The notes under the pieces were generated by a model. That model did no database searches. It worked only from the letters and a program-made list of their open reading frames with translations, and was not told where the DNA came from. Below are positions 1-15,499 of a stretch of DNA of 64,000 nt, in pieces (positions within the stretch are counted from its first letter, which is position 1; every line of letters starts with the position of its first letter). Both the position numbers and the translations under genes were made by a program. The DNA is taken from positions 58,654,001 through 58,718,000 of the forward strand of contig NC_087437.1 of the NCBI RefSeq assembly GCF_036321535.1. Direction: 5' to 3'. The stretch comes from Camelus dromedarius (taxonomy: Eukaryota).

Positions 1-590
1 TCAGAGAATATTATTTAGTAGTTCTATTTATAAGCCATTTATTTGTGTTTTAAGGGTTTATATAAATACTCAGATTCCATAGCTTGGTAGAGTTTAGGGC
101 AAAGTGCTGTGGTAGTATCTTAATCAGTCATTTCAAAGCTAGTTTCTTTACCATGCGATCTTGAAAGAAGGATGGAAAAATTAAAAGATAAACTTAATTT
201 GACACTACAAGAATCTTGCTTTCAAACCTATCACTAATGTGTATGTGTTTTCCTCATTTGGTGAAGATATTGTAAATAATCATAGAGACTGGAAGTGAAT
301 TAAGAATGATGGGCACCTCACAGAAGTAAAGAATAGTTTTTAATGAAAAAACTTTCTAAAAAAAATCAAACTATGAATTTTATATTGAATATATCAAGAA
401 AAGAACATGTCAACAAGTATAAGTCCTTACAGTCATCGGTTCTTACATAAGTGGCATTTATAGAAAATAACCTCTTCCTGTGTGTGCAGGGTACTTTTTC
501 CTAGATTGAAATCACACCCTAAGTTCAAGAAAGGAAGTGCGTAGTCAGGTGCCTGATGTCTTCGACAGTGAAACATCTCAGCAAAAGTAA

Positions 591-1037
<447 letters not shown>

Positions 1038-2049
1038 TGAGATATTGAAGTGCTTAACTTGACTGTGGTCATGTGTACTTTTGCTAACAATATGAACTCT
1101 GTCATTTTGAGTGTGGAAAGAGTAGAAATTTTATTCTCAGTATTGCTTTTTTAACTGTAACGCTTTAATTTGTAAATGGGGAACTTGAGATGTAGAAAAG
1201 TGAAGCATCTGGGCAGGTTCAGCAGTTACTTCTGGCCAGGGTGGGTGAGACCCAGATCTCTGCACCACGCTATGTTGTTTCAGGTTACAAAATAAACATT
1301 GTGCATAAATTTGGCTCATTTATATATATGTTTTTTCAATCAGATATACCTTAGGTATGAGTAATTTGGCTAATGATTTGGGGCTCCATCTCATTTTCCA
1401 TGTTTACAATAAACAGGATAAAAGTAATTATAGTTTAGACTGCTTTTTGCTTACCTTCATGATGCTTATTTGGAGAACATTTTAACAAAGCAGTTGTTTC
1501 TGAGCCTGTATTCCCTAGTTAGGGTATAAGGGATCAAAACTTCATTTTGATATTAGTGTACTAACGTTAGCTTACGTGAAACCCATTTAGAAGAGTAATT
1601 CTAGTGGGGAGAACAATTATATAAGAAATTTCAGAGCCATGCATAAATTCTTTTAAGAATTATTTACCATTTATATTTTGGTACTTGAGAAATGAGTATA
1701 CTTACTTAAAATTCCACCAGAGGTCAGAACAAGGAAAGAAAATTGGTGAAAAGAAACAGTTAAAATACATCTCATTGTTTATGAATTGAAAATGAAATTA
1801 AAACTAATGATTAGATGCAGTTATTAGTTGAATATAGATTTAATTTATCCACATTGGTCCTAGCTCTCACTAACAGTAAGTTCGGCTGGATGCTTTTAAA
1901 CTTTGTGAGTAAATACAATAGGAGGGAGTTTGCCCGTATCTTAGGATGTGGATTGGCTGTATATCTCACTTTCTGTGAGCAGGAAGATACCAGGTTTCTT
2001 CCGAGAGAATCTATGCTCACCGCTTATGAAGCTATAAAATAGGTAGTGC

Positions 2050-2260
2050 AGTGCTGTGACAGGAATAGTGGATGGATCAGATGTCAGGAGGTGTCAGTCC
2101 TAGTGCAGTTCCATTCCATTAGCTAGTAATACTGCCTTTAGTAATTGGTATAATCTCTCTCAGCCCCCTTTTCTCATCTGTCAAGTACTGTTGATGATAC
2201 TTGTTCTACTTTCTTAACATTGTCATGATCAAAAAAAGACAACGGTGTGAAACACCTTCA
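2050..2260 (+). mobile_element. MIR SINE relic
   Basis: Degenerate MIR core aatctctctcagcccccttttctcatctgtcaag..gatgatac. Confidence 0.55.
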
Positions 2261-2763
2261 AACACACTAACAGACTGTATAGTAGTAAAGTGGTGGGGGT
2301 TGTACTGCTGTGGTAACAATGAATTTTAATAATCAAATTTTAATAATTTGTTGGGTTGATGGACATGGTCTGAGACCAGCTTTCTAGTCTAACTCTGACC
2401 TTAGATGAGTATTACAACCTCTTTTTACTTTGGGCACCTTACCTCTAACCAGGGAAAGAGAATCCCCGCCTTCTCAACTCTACAAGGTGATTAGTAATAA
2501 TGCTCGTTAGAAACACTGCAAGTTTCAAAGTACATAAACTGGTAAGGAGTTAGAGTAGTAGTAAATCTAATCTTTATCTTGAAAAAAAAAGTTTTAATGG
2601 ATAAAAAAGTTTGGCAGAATAACAATATTGCCATTGGTTTTAATTAACTCTTTTATAAAGAAACTTTTTGTATGACTTTTCAGAATGTGTTTCATGAACC
2701 CGGAGATTGTACAGTAACTCTTTGGTCTTTCCTTTTTTTTTTTTTTTTTTTTTCCAATTTTAG

Positions 2764-2925
<162 letters not shown>

Positions 2926-3729
2926 TAATTGCTTAAAAGTAAGCTTGAGGTTTAGCATTAATTTTAAGTCTTTTGATCTTCAAAAAAAAAGTATGTGTGA
3001 TTTATAGAGTAATCTAACTCATTTTTTTCCAAAGATGTTTATCACTCTGGTAGTAACTGCATTTTACATGCATATCATCACAGTACCTTTGAGACTGTGT
3101 GCTATTAATAGGCTCTAAACTACTTTTAAGATTTTTTTTAAACAATTTTTTATGTTAGAAAATAATAAATTCCCATTGTGGAAAATAAATGGAATAAATA
3201 AATGTTTAAAAAATGCAAAAAGAAAGAGTAACTTATAATCCCCTGACCTAGAAGTAATTTTAGTTGACATTTTTATATATATCTGTTTAACTCTACATGG
3301 CTGTGTGTATGTATATAAAATAACTATCTGTTTGCATAGTGGAAATCAGAATGTAATACATTTTTATCATGCTCTTTTCCCATATTGTAATTCTTTCTTT
3401 ATATCATGGGAATCTTACTTTAAATAATTCTTTAAAAGAAATGTATACAGTTCTTGGAATGGCCGATTGTACAAAGCTTAATGTCACATTTTGCAAAGTA
3501 ACCTCTAGGTGGCGATAGACTAATGTATTTTGAGCATTTTCTTTCAAGCAGAAATGCTTTTTAAAATATCCTTCTGAAAAAGCCTTGTTAATTAGTGATC
3601 TTGAGACTTCAGCAGCTTAAAAGAAAATTGTGTTTAAATTATATTATACACATTTTTTGCATAATTTTAATTGTTGGAAAGACCTCTGTATAGAATAAGC
3701 TTTCTTTCTTTCAAAAAGGAACATGACAG

Positions 3730-3938
3730 TTTTTTTTTTAATTGAAGTATAGTTGATTTACAATGTCATATTAGTTTCAGGTATATAACATAGTGATTCA
3801 GTATTTTCATAGATTATACCCCACTTATTATAAAATATTGGCTGTTTCCTGTGCTGTACAATACATCCTTCTAGCTTATCTATTTTATACATAGTAGTTA
3901 GTACCTGTTAATCCTCTACCCCTATTTTACTCCTCACC
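3730..3938 (-). mobile_element. L1 3'-end fragment (laurasiatherian/artiodactyl type)
   Basis: Poly-T followed by aattgaagtatagttgatttacaatg..tagtttcaggtatataacatagtgattcagt, the typical reverse-complemented L1 3' terminus. Confidence 0.8.
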
Positions 3939-4337
3939 CAGAGAAAAAGCATCTTTTTAAAAATTTTATTAATTTAATTTCATATGCTACTGAATTTCAA
4001 AACTGGCTTGAGTGCACACTCAAAGAAAAGTTAACCTAAGGACAAATTTATGATAACATGATTGGTAGTTGAAACTAAATAGAAATTAAGGGTATATTCT
4101 GTGAACTTCTATTTGTATACAATGTAATGAAATTCTCTACTTCCAAAGTTTACTTGCTTTGTCATTGGAACCAAAACAGAGCTCTATAGCTGTGGGGAAG
4201 ATAAAACTCAAATCAAGCAGAATTTCATAGATCCTGTGTAGAAAAAAATTGGTAGGTTACATCTAGTAGGAATATATGTATTAGGTAAATCTGATTTTTT
4301 TTTAAATTAAAGCTTAGGCTATAGGTACTAACTGTAG

Positions 4338-4652
<315 letters not shown>

Positions 4653-4944
4653 TGAAAATAAATCATAATTGAAAAAGGTGGGAGATAAAATGTACCAAGA
4701 GTCCTTCTTCATTACATGAAAACTCTGTTAGGAAAGGACACCTAAGCATCACTTAGGTTTTTTGGGAAATCTGTACTTTCATTAAAGCGTTCCTTTAAAA
4801 ATAGGACTTTCTCTGAGAATACATACTAGTGTCATGCTGATGGAAGTACTGCATAACAGGTAGGCTTCTCCCTATGAGAAGTCTGAACTTAACAACAGAT
4901 TTAGTGTGATGAGAAAACAAAAACGTACTCTCGATTATCATTAA

Positions 4945-5124
<180 letters not shown>

Positions 5125-5199
5125 TAGTTCTCCCTGCCTGCCACCTCACTGCCTTTTCACCTTCCCCATGTCCATTTATTTCTCCATTTCATCTCAAGC

Positions 5200-6200
5200 T
5201 TATAGAAAAGTGTATACAAAGAACTTTTTCCCTCTGAGCTGTTTGAAAGTTGCTGACTTGAAGCTCCATCAGTTTACAGTACGTTAATGTGTGTTTTTAA
5301 GAAACAAGGACTTTCTCCTAGCAACCATCAAAGTCAGGATGTTAACACTGATAAATTACTACATCTGATTTTCAGACTCCATCCTGGTTTCACCTGTTGT
5401 CCTAATATTGTCCTTCCGTATGACAAGGTGTTTCGTACACATCTCGTACTTTCCCTGACCGAGCTTTCCTTTTTGAAGAATGATGTTTAGAAATCAAGAG
5501 CTGGGAACTAGATAAGTTCATTGATGCTAGAGTGCCCCCGCTCAGTGGGGCTAGGGAACAGGTACGTTGCCTGCGTGCATTTACACATATTTACACCTGT
5601 GTATATATCTATATTGAAAACCCTAAGTTGACACCAGTACTTTGCAGTTTAATCTAATAATACAGAGTTCATTCTGATTTTCCCTTTTCCATATTTGTAA
5701 CTTCTTTTTCTGATGAGAAATCTGGCTCTAAGTGTCCTTAATATATTGACTTATTTTGATCAATCCTCTTATGTGTAACCAAATTTGTCACTGTCCTCTT
5801 CATTGCATAAATATCCTTCTCACCCAGTGTTCTTATCACCCAACTCCAGGCCCCCGCCACAGTGCCTGCCTCACCCTGTGTTGACACCCTTTCCACCTCA
5901 GCTAGGCTCTGACATCCCGTGCCAGGTTGCCCTTCTTCACAGAATTCTTTTTACTGAGCTCATGCTGTGACCCTGTGCCAGCCATCTCTCCCATCCTTCC
6001 TCACCCCACACAAGGGCTCTTCCTCACCCCAAGCCAGACCATGCTTTTATAGAGACACCATTTTCATCCTGCTTGTGCTTCAACACCCTGCACTGACTGC
6101 CCTCCTACATGGATCCTCTCTTCACTACCGGGCAGGCCACCAGCACCCCCTGTGAGTGCCCTCTTTACACCTATATCTGGTTGATATGCTCCCCACTCTT
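5200..6200 (-). mobile_element. Old L1 (L1MC4/L1MC5-like) 3'UTR fragments
   Basis: Motifs aagaaacaaggactttctcctagcaaccat, gtttagaaatcaagagctggg and tgagaaatctggctc, plus the degenerate cctcaccc repeats typical of L1MC 3' ends. Confidence 0.6.
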
Positions 6201-7293
6201 GCCCCTCAACCTGTCTGGCCTTATTAGTCACTTTGTCACTGTGTCTTTTGCTTTTTCTTTTTTTGGGGGGGGAAGTGGGTGGAGGAGACAGAGGAGCAAT
6301 GTTTGGTTCTTTCTTGAATGCTGGTGAATTTTTAGCTTTAAGATGTTTGGGCTGCATACTAAAATTTACTAGTTACTTTACCTTGTTAGAAATTTCCCTT
6401 ATTTCAGCTTCATGAAACAGTAATTTTTTCCTTTCAATGTACGCTTAAATTTATTATCTTTGAGTTTTTGGATGTCCAAAAAAGATAGTATGTGCTCAAT
6501 AGAAAGCAGTTCTTCAAATCTGAAAACAGTTTGTAAGCTGAATACTTATCCCTGCAATACCGTCACTAGACGATCCAGGAGAGACCAGGCAGCGTTTCCC
6601 CATCTTCTCCCTGTGCCCAAGCCGTGTGTTCTCCCCCACGGCTTGTCCCCTCCTTCTCTCCCCTCCTCCGTGCTTATCTCAGCTTCTTAGTTCTTTCTCT
6701 TTTCCTTTTTTTCTACAACTTTTATTTCCATCTTCTCTTGCTATCATTTTAGTTTTTTCATGCTGCTTTGGAAGTATAAGACTCCTAAGAGGTCTGTGTT
6801 TAAATCTAGGCTACCATGTACTAAGCAGGGTATCTCCCAAAGAAGCCTTAGCTGCTTTGTTTGTAAAAATGACTACTATAATAGTTATTTCACAGGGTAG
6901 TGAGGAGAATTGGTTCAAAAAGCCGTTTGGAAGTTCCTAGTTCGTAATTTTATGCTAAATTAATACAGTTACAGGAAGAGATGTGTCAGTGTCACAATGC
7001 ATGCAGATATATTTCTTTTGTATCCTTCATAGGATAGTTACTAGACAGTGAAATACTTCATGTGTTTTACCAGCATATACATTTTTAAGTGATTAAAGAA
7101 TGATATGTCTTTTCTCATGTTCTATAATAGAGCATTGTGTGACCTCATCACTTTCCACTCCCAATTTGATTATTTAAAGGAAGTGTACTGCTAACACAGA
7201 TTTGTGCACTGCCAAGCCAAGTCTTATGTTCTCCTGTTGGTTTTCCTGAGAAAGTAATCATATGACTCCCTTGAAATGCTTGAAATGATTTAT

Positions 7294-7295
<2 letters not shown>

Positions 7296-7334
<39 letters not shown>

Positions 7335-7340
7335 TGTGTG
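7296..7340. repeat. (TG)n microsatellite, about 22 units with one interruption
   Basis: Directly visible. Confidence 0.97.
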
Positions 7341-7849
7341 AAATTAGGTTCGTGTTAATGTTCCAAATAATGTCCTTGGAAGCAAGTGTTTGACCAGTGA
7401 CTCAGCTTCATCAGTCACACTGAAGGAGATGAGCCATGACTTTGTCCACTAGTTGAAAAAGAATCTTGAGAGTACCTTTTCCTTACTGTTTATCTTCAGT
7501 CTAACACTTGGGAATATGGTCATGGACACTTTCAGCCAGAAAACTTTCAAAGTTAATAGCTACTACTGTATTACACAGACCAAGGTTCCTAGTATAGCAT
7601 ATTCAATTAGAGTATGCTGTGTTGGTTAATGGAGTTTAGAGAAAGTGAGGCAGTCAGAGTTTTAGTACAATTTCAAAACTAGTACAGGGTAGAGTATTGT
7701 AGAGATTGGTAGAAGTTTGATGCATCGTACTTTTTGCCAGTCTTAAACTTGCCCAAGTTTAAATCATTTTACCACCTTACTTTGGAGATTCATCAATTGG
7801 TTGTCCTTTAAGATATGAAATAGTACAGTGTTCTCTCATATTCTGGAGA

Positions 7850-8830
7850 AGATACACCATGTTCACTATTGAAATCAAGCCATGAAATTAGTTTCTGTCC
7901 TAGTAGACTCATGGGAGAGGAGTCATACAAGGAACCAAGACTCTGGAGATGTGGTGGATTCCACAGGTTGAGCAGGAAAAGGTCAGGATGAACCTGGGAC
8001 ATCTTAGGATGTAGAAAGTAAGGAAGTAGTTGAAGGATGATGGAGACATGTCAACCAAATACAGAAGCCAGTGTGCAGAGGCTCCTCCTAGCCAAAACTA
8101 GGACAATTTGGGCATCAAGATAAATAATGACAGTTATAAATTATAGCCCACTGAATAAAACAAGACTATTAACTGATAATTATATAAATAAATGAATAAA
8201 ATCAGTGATGAGGAGTGGGATGTTTATATAATCACACAAAATATCTCCACACAAAATAATTAAAAAGGAAAAAAGAATAGCTTTACAGTGGAGAAGCCTA
8301 GCACTAACCATCTTAATCAAGTGGTCAGTAATGGTCAAATTAGAGCTGTGTGCAGTGAGGACGCAGTGAGACGAACCTGGCATCACTTCTACCATTTAAT
8401 TGCCAAAGATGTATAACTTAAATCTGATCATAGATATATCAGAAAAGCCCCAATTAAAGCACACTCTACAAAATAATTGGCCTGTAAGCCTTAAGTGTAT
8501 CAAGATTATGAGAGACAGAGGAAGACTGAGGAACTGTTCCAGGCTGAGGGAGACTAAAGAACATGAAAACTAAATACAACGTGTGGTCTTGAACTAGATC
8601 TTTTTGCTCTAGAGGGCATTAATGGGATAGCCGGTGAAACCTGAATGGGATCTGAGGGTTACATGGTATTTATTAATACTTCAATGTGAATATTTAAGCT
8701 TTGTTAGATAGGGATTATTTAGGAAAATATCCTTATTTGTAGCTATTACACAGTAGGATATTTGGGCTTACAGGACATAATGACTATAAATGATTCATGA
8801 AAAAGTATGTTCTTTGTAATATTCTTACAG
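7850..8830 (+). mobile_element. Old L1 (L1MC-like) 3' region
   Basis: Motifs caggatgaacctgggacatctt, ggacaatttgggcatcaagataaataatgacag, ctttacagtggagaagcctag and ctctacaaaataattggcctgta. Confidence 0.7.
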
Positions 8831-9779
8831 CTGTTCCCTAAGTCTGAGAAAAGGGTAAAAAAGATTTAATTTTGTTTTTATAGCTGATAATGGATCAGAG
8901 ATCATGAGAAAATAATTTAGAGAAATTGAGACTTTTGAAAACATGGTCTCTGAAGATGTTGGAAGACTGGTTTGCCTCCTGGACAGTTTAATGAGATACA
9001 TAGCTAATCTCTCCATCTTAATTCCTTTTTTGCAGTGTCCAGTCATACTTAGAATTGTCCAGTGTTTACATTTGTCCACTCTAACCTTGATGAAATCTTT
9101 TGATTTTGTAGTGAATTTTATTTCAAAGGATTTTTATAGCTATTTAAATATAGTATTAATTTAGGTAAAAATCTATTTGGATTCCCAGCATGATTTTTTA
9201 ATAATGTGTCCAATCTATTTATTGAAACAGACTGCAATTTTAAAATGCTTTCTTTAGAGAGGGAAAAATTGGTACATTATAGCTCAGTTCAAAGTTTTTC
9301 TTTCAATTATGATCTATTTTTGATTTATAAAATCTATTTTATGATTGTCATTATATAAAACAAGTAATAATGCTTACATCTCACAGACTTTTTTTGGAAT
9401 TTGTTCTTCATCCAGCCCAGAAACTGAGTATCTGGACACTGGGAGCATTTGCTGGTAATGTTGCTAAACTGAGTTTCATCAGTACAGCATGAGATTCTTT
9501 TCTTGTTTGCTCTATAAATATTGTATCAACAGTTAACTAGGTTATTGTGAGTTTTTGAACCTTGATATCAGATGCATAGGATTTAGAGCTTAGGTTTATT
9601 TTTTAACTCTTGTTCACTAAAGCCCAATTACACTTTTCATTCTCTTTGTACATAATCAAGAGTCATTGATACCCAGGAATTAAAGGGATATTACCCATCA
9701 TTTAGATTTTTCTCTCTTTATTTTGCAGTAAATTCCTTTTCATTTTTGTATCAGAACTTGAAACTATTTATGAATGTGA

Positions 9780-9935
9780 GTTAATATTGAATACATTTCC
9801 TATGCCAGATAGTAGGCTCTGTTTTTAACGTGCCTTCTTATAGGGACATTTTCCTTATTTTATAGACAAAGAAAAGGGGGCCTAAGAAACACATACACAG
9901 TAAGTGGTAAAGCCAAGATTTGAGCCTGGGTCTTT
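9780..9935 (-). mobile_element. MIR SINE relic
   Basis: ttttatagacaaagaaaag..taagtggtaaagccaagatttgagcctgggtct. Confidence 0.55.
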
Positions 9936-12900
9936 TAACAACTAATTTGAGGAAAACCTCCAAGCCATTGGAAAATATAATTACATAAAATGGTCCTTTT
10001 TATTTGGAAGCTTCTGTAGTTAACAGTGTCCTTTCTGAGTGGGTCAGAAAGACATACATATTAGTGATGGTCATGATGATGGTCGTGATCATTACCATCC
10101 TGTGTACTTCCTACACTACAAAAAGCTTCGTGGCTTAAACTTTCAAACAATATGAAGACTTTGATAGAATTAGAACATCTGTGTAAGAGGACACTAAAGT
10201 GTAAACGAAGGCACTAAACAGATTGAAGGAAGTTAATTTTTTTATACGGCTTGTAAGCATGTCTCAAACTAAACTCAGCTCAATTCCACTGCAGATAAGT
10301 AGTATCCAAGTTGCCCAAAATTCAGATACAACTTTTCAGTGTGGTGTGTTTGTGCTTAGAGACTTAAGGTCCAGCTATCACAGATACAGAATCTTTAATT
10401 GAGCATAAAGACTTACCCTAAGTTGAGGCTTTTTGTTGAGCTAGTCTGAGAGTGTTGAAATGTTTTATAATAAGCTTTAGTGTATTTCTTCATATTTCTT
10501 GTACTTTACATAAAGGGAAGACAAGCTTCAGTCAAAACTGAATGTTTCATCTTTATAGCTCATTTACTAATGGATTGTGAAAACAGTGGTAAACTCCTTT
10601 ACTTGGGCTACCATTGCACAGGCTTATTTTAACAATATAGTTTGATGTCCTGAATGTTTTGAAAAAAACAGTGTAGCTTAAAGAGGCTGGTAAATTAGAA
10701 TTTTCCAATATCCGCAGCTTTTTTCTCCCATGATTAATTTGCTCTGCTGACTCCCTACGCGAGGTGGCAACAGCTGGCCCTTTTACTGGAGCTCCGGGGA
10801 TTAGAGCAGGAGTCGCAGCAGCGTGCTCGGCCTCTTGCCTCTGTTGACTGTTCTTTATTGTTTGATGCCTGAGCATCTCCCAGACAGCAAGCAATTGTTT
10901 CTTGAAACGTAAAGTTTGTTTCTCTTGGGAGCACACACAATGCTGGTGGGGATCCTCTTTGTGTCTCCTCACTTTCCCAGTCTCCTCTTGTCCTGCATCC
11001 TGTACTTTCTCTTGATAATTACGATGGAGTAAAAATACAAGCTTTGTATCTTAGTGTGCAGGAGATTCGGTTTTGATGCAAAAAAGTTAAGAAATATAGA
11101 CAACAGATAGAAATTTCTTTTTTCTCTGAGCTGCCAGATAGTAATAGAAATTCTTTTTATAATGAAAACTTTATTTTTCATAATTAATGTACCTAGTGCA
11201 TTTTTGAAATTACAGTGATAAAGAGGGAGCAGCAGCAGAATGATGCAAAACTGCCACTTTAAACGCTGAGGTGGAAGAGAAATGCACCTTAGCTGTTTCA
11301 CTATCAGAAGAGGCTTTCATTAGCTCTAGAATATTATTCTAATAAAGATATTTAAGAAATGTCTTCATGCCACATTAAAATGGGGATAAAAAGTAGTCAG
11401 AAAATATCTAGATGGAAACTTCAGCAAGAATTTTGTTCTTCGTTTAGAAAAGAAAGATACCGAGATACTCCTGAATTTAATTTTCAGTGGTTACTCCATA
11501 TTCCTAGCCTTCTGCCATACCTGCAGAATCCCTGAGGGCCTTATGGATGAAAATAGTGGCCATGAAGTAGTGCAAGACTGAAAATTATCCTAAAAAGATT
11601 ATTATAGTCAGCATCTGGAACTTAAAATTATAGAAAAGGGAGAAAACTCTTTTTCCAGAGGTAGAGCTCGGGCATGCATATTTTGACCAACCTCCAGGCT
11701 GACTCTTGCCATGCACCAGTGCCCTGACTCTCCTGTCCCCGAACCAGTACTCTAGAGAGTTCTTCCTTGTTTACAGCGGTACAACCTGTCATTTTATCAG
11801 TTGAAATAAAATTGACATGAATCTTCTTTTCGTAGTCTGATACCTAATGTGACTGTTGAAAATGTGTTCTTTAAGCTATATTTATAGTAGCATGTTCATT
11901 TTGTTTCTGTAAACGTAAGCAAAGAAAGCGAATTTTAAAGAGATTAAAAGGAGGAGAGGGGAGCAATGAGTTGTCGAATTCTAGGTACCTAGGCAACTGT
12001 GAAAACCGTAAGCCCTGTGGCATCTTTTATAGCGAAATACTGTTATTGTTTCTTTGACCAATAATTATAGAACCTCAGTACTGCATTCTCATCTCTCCCA
12101 GCCTCCAGCACATTTCTCAGCAGTCTTTTCCCTTTGTCTCTTTTTTTAATGTCTCTCACTGTGCTTCTTCTGCATCATTATCTCTTGGTCCTCAACTAGT
12201 GTTTTTCCTACTCCCTGCTTATTTACCTTCCTTCAGTGGTTAGAAATCTTGCTCAGGTACTGCCAGTGTTGTTTAATTGAGTAGAAGGCAGGCTTCCCAC
12301 TATAGACAACTGCAGATCAGCCAAAATAACCAATTCAGGAAAAAAAATGTTTTTCGTGTCTATTGTGATTGATCTGTTCTGCCAGAGTGATTTGATTCTT
12401 TCATAAATTCACCACACTTCATGTGTCATGTATTATATGTGTTCACTGAATGTTTGATTATGACGTTTTAATACAGACTCTTCTTTAGCCCCCTTCTCAT
12501 GACTTAAAAAAAAAAAGGGAGAAGGAGGCTTTCTCATCCTAAGGAATCATTCTTCCGCTCTGTCATGCCAGGAAGCTCCCACCTCATTTCTCCTGCAGAG
12601 TAGTTTGCAATTGCTGCATTCTCCCCTTATGGTCTAGCTTTCATCCCTAGCAGAACCACTTCTTTTTCGGTCACCAGTGGTGTCCTAACTGTTAATCCTA
12701 ACTGCCACCCAATTCACCGAAACTCTTATTTTTTTTTTTTAATGTTTATAAGGTATTTTGAAGTTGACTGGAATATTTTTATTCTCTTTGACATTCATGT
12801 ACCTTTTGGAATGGTTAGTAGAAATGAATATATTTGAAAAATGAAGATTAGAATGTTTCTCTCCTTCACTACAGAATAAATAACTTCTTTCTGTTTTATG

Positions 12901-13941
12901 TTATCAGTGTTTGAGGTCTTTAAAAGCATCTCACAGTAAAAGTGATTGAATTTTTAAATTGTGTTTTTGTGAAATATTTTTCATAGCAAGGTGAAATTGA
13001 CAAAGCAGATAAGGAAGAGAGTGAAGGATTATTTTTACCTTGAGTCTACATAGATGAAGTAGACTCTGCCTTTGTGTTGTAGCCAAAAAAAAGGGAGAGA
13101 GAGAGAGAGTAGGGGTTGACACAAAGAATAAAGTAATCCTCAGGGAGAGTCCTCTGTTAGAGAAGCAGTTATTTACACGCAGAATTCCACATGATAAGTC
13201 TGAGTGCTGTGCTTTCTGGGTTATTGATGAGAAAATTCAGCCTCAAAATGGGGCTTTTGGAATCCAGCACATTTTTCATGCCTTAAGACTGTTTTTTAAA
13301 GACAACATTGAAGGATATTGATAAATTGTTTCAAGATTAAAAGGCTATTTACTTTTCTGTAATCTTACAGAGGCTACTGATACTCAGGGCTTTACTAGCA
13401 AGTATATTCTTTTTTCTTAAAATTCACATTTTAACTGATTAAAAGTGAGAAAAAAGATAAAAAAGTGCTCTTCAATAATTTATGGATTGAATTTTTATCA
13501 TTTTAAAGTAGATTCTGTTTGTGTGTTATTTTGATATGTGTATTCTTATGTACAAAAAAGCCAATGCACATATTTAAAGCTAGAAATTAAGGGGTTTTTT
13601 TTCTTCTTATTAATGCTTACCACTCCCTCACTGAGAGTTTAGAATGAAATAATATCTTGATGTTTGGGATTGAACTTTGTTTTGTTTTTTAATTATGTTT
13701 TAGCTATTCTCTCTATTCGAAGATGGAAAACATGGAATCTAGTCATTGAAAATTAAATCTAATCACAGAACAAATCCACTGGCCTGTGAAACTATTAAAA
13801 AATAAAATTAAGCAAGATATGAACAAAATTTTTTAAAAACAGAACTATCTTGAAGGACAAATTGATGAACATTGAACTGGTAACTTCTGTGAAGTAATAT
13901 TCTCAGAATAGTTGGAGAGAGGGGTTAATAAAGGCAAAAGG

Positions 13942-13943
<2 letters not shown>

Positions 13944-13974
<31 letters not shown>

Positions 13975-13977
13975 TTT
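13944..13977. repeat. (TTTA)n tetranucleotide microsatellite, about 8 units
   Basis: Directly visible. Confidence 0.95.
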
Positions 13978-15499
13978 GCCATTTTATATATTTCTAAACT
14001 GTTTTCCCAAATGAGCAGAATCCATAATTACCTCATAATTGACTGTACTTCAGTCAATAAATCAAGTAAGCAATAAATAAACCCTAAAAAAATTACCTTA
14101 AAAATTTCATATTCTTAATTACTGTGTTCATAGAAACAATAAAGCTAATTCCTGATATGACACTCTTAAAAGTGACTGAGTATTTTCCCAAATAACCTGT
14201 TGCTGATTGTGACACCAGGAGACATTTCATGGGGCCACATAGTGATTGCTCATCATTGCATCATCCTTCATGGTAGGAATTCACTTTGAATTCTTCTCAT
14301 TTCCAGTAACTGTCCTTCATGAATCTGTCATCTGTGGATGAACTGAAATCTTTCTTGAACTAGTGAAGTTTTTAAGCTTGTACAGCCCGTTTAAGATAAT
14401 AGATTTTCTCTGCTTTATTGTTACCTACTGTGTATGGAAATAGTCCGTTTTAATTTCTCTTAGAAGAGCTCTTCATCTGTTCCTTAGTTTTAGTATTTTG
14501 AGTTGTAGAATGAAGTTTGCTATTTATATATTCACTTCAGGTAGATCTTTTTTCTGGCCAAGGAGTTTAAGTCTTTTTTGGCCTCTCTTTTTATTGTCAC
14601 TGTTTCATATTCTGAGTCATGTGTACCTGGCTTCACATATTGCGCTGCCAGAACTTTAGGCGTTTGTGTTTTAATCTTGTTTATCATGGAACTAGTCCAT
14701 ATGCATTGTGGAAATTTAGGAAATATAGGTGGCAAAATTTCTTAAACAGTTGCCACTGCCCAGAGATAACCAGTGTAACATTGTATTCTAACAAAAATTT
14801 TAATGTTATCTTAGGCATGTAATTTCTGTCACATTTCTGGGACATATTTTTTCATGAAGAAATCTTGGATTGGCTTCCTCCTCAATTTGTTGTCATTGCT
14901 CCTATTTCTGGTTTCTCATCTATCAGAGAAGGCTAAATTTCTCTTCCTTTTCTTCATACAAAGTTATTTCAAAAAGGTTCACTGAGATGAATAAGCAGCA
15001 TTAGTAAAAATAAAACCTATGGTATCCATTACTTTAAATAGGTCAGGCTATATTGTAGCGAAACATGTACTAAAAATCACTCTGCTTTTAAAGTTAATCC
15101 CCACCTCTATTCAGGACCCTGGCACTTTTTGTGTGTGCCTGTGCCTTCATTATGTCTCTCCTTTCTTCAGAAATGCTCAGGTCGCTCCTATTTTAAACTA
15201 CTGGATTGAGTCTTCCATGCACTCTAACTACTTTTGATCATGCTTCTCTTTTACACAGGAAAACCTTTGAATGTTTGGCTGTTGCCTCTACTTTAAGCCA
15301 TCCACTGTCTTCTTAACTTTGTAATCTCTCATTCTCACTTCCCCTGAAATTGGTTTTGTTTTGTTTTGAGATTGCTGACAATCAATAAGGCAGTGAGTAA
15401 GCCAGGCGAGCATTCGGGAATAGAAAGTATTCTCATATAACTGCGTCATTTAGTACTTTGGAATCCAAATCCTGCTTGGAACTCTGTATATGTGCCTTA

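Noticed and set aside
5800..6160. Degenerate periodic cctcaccc repeat as a novel array
   Set aside because: It is contiguous with, and typical of, old L1MC 3'UTR sequence.
10064..10100. gatggtcatgat/gatggtcgtgat duplication with an imperfect hairpin
   Set aside because: Too short and low in complexity to distinguish from chance slippage.
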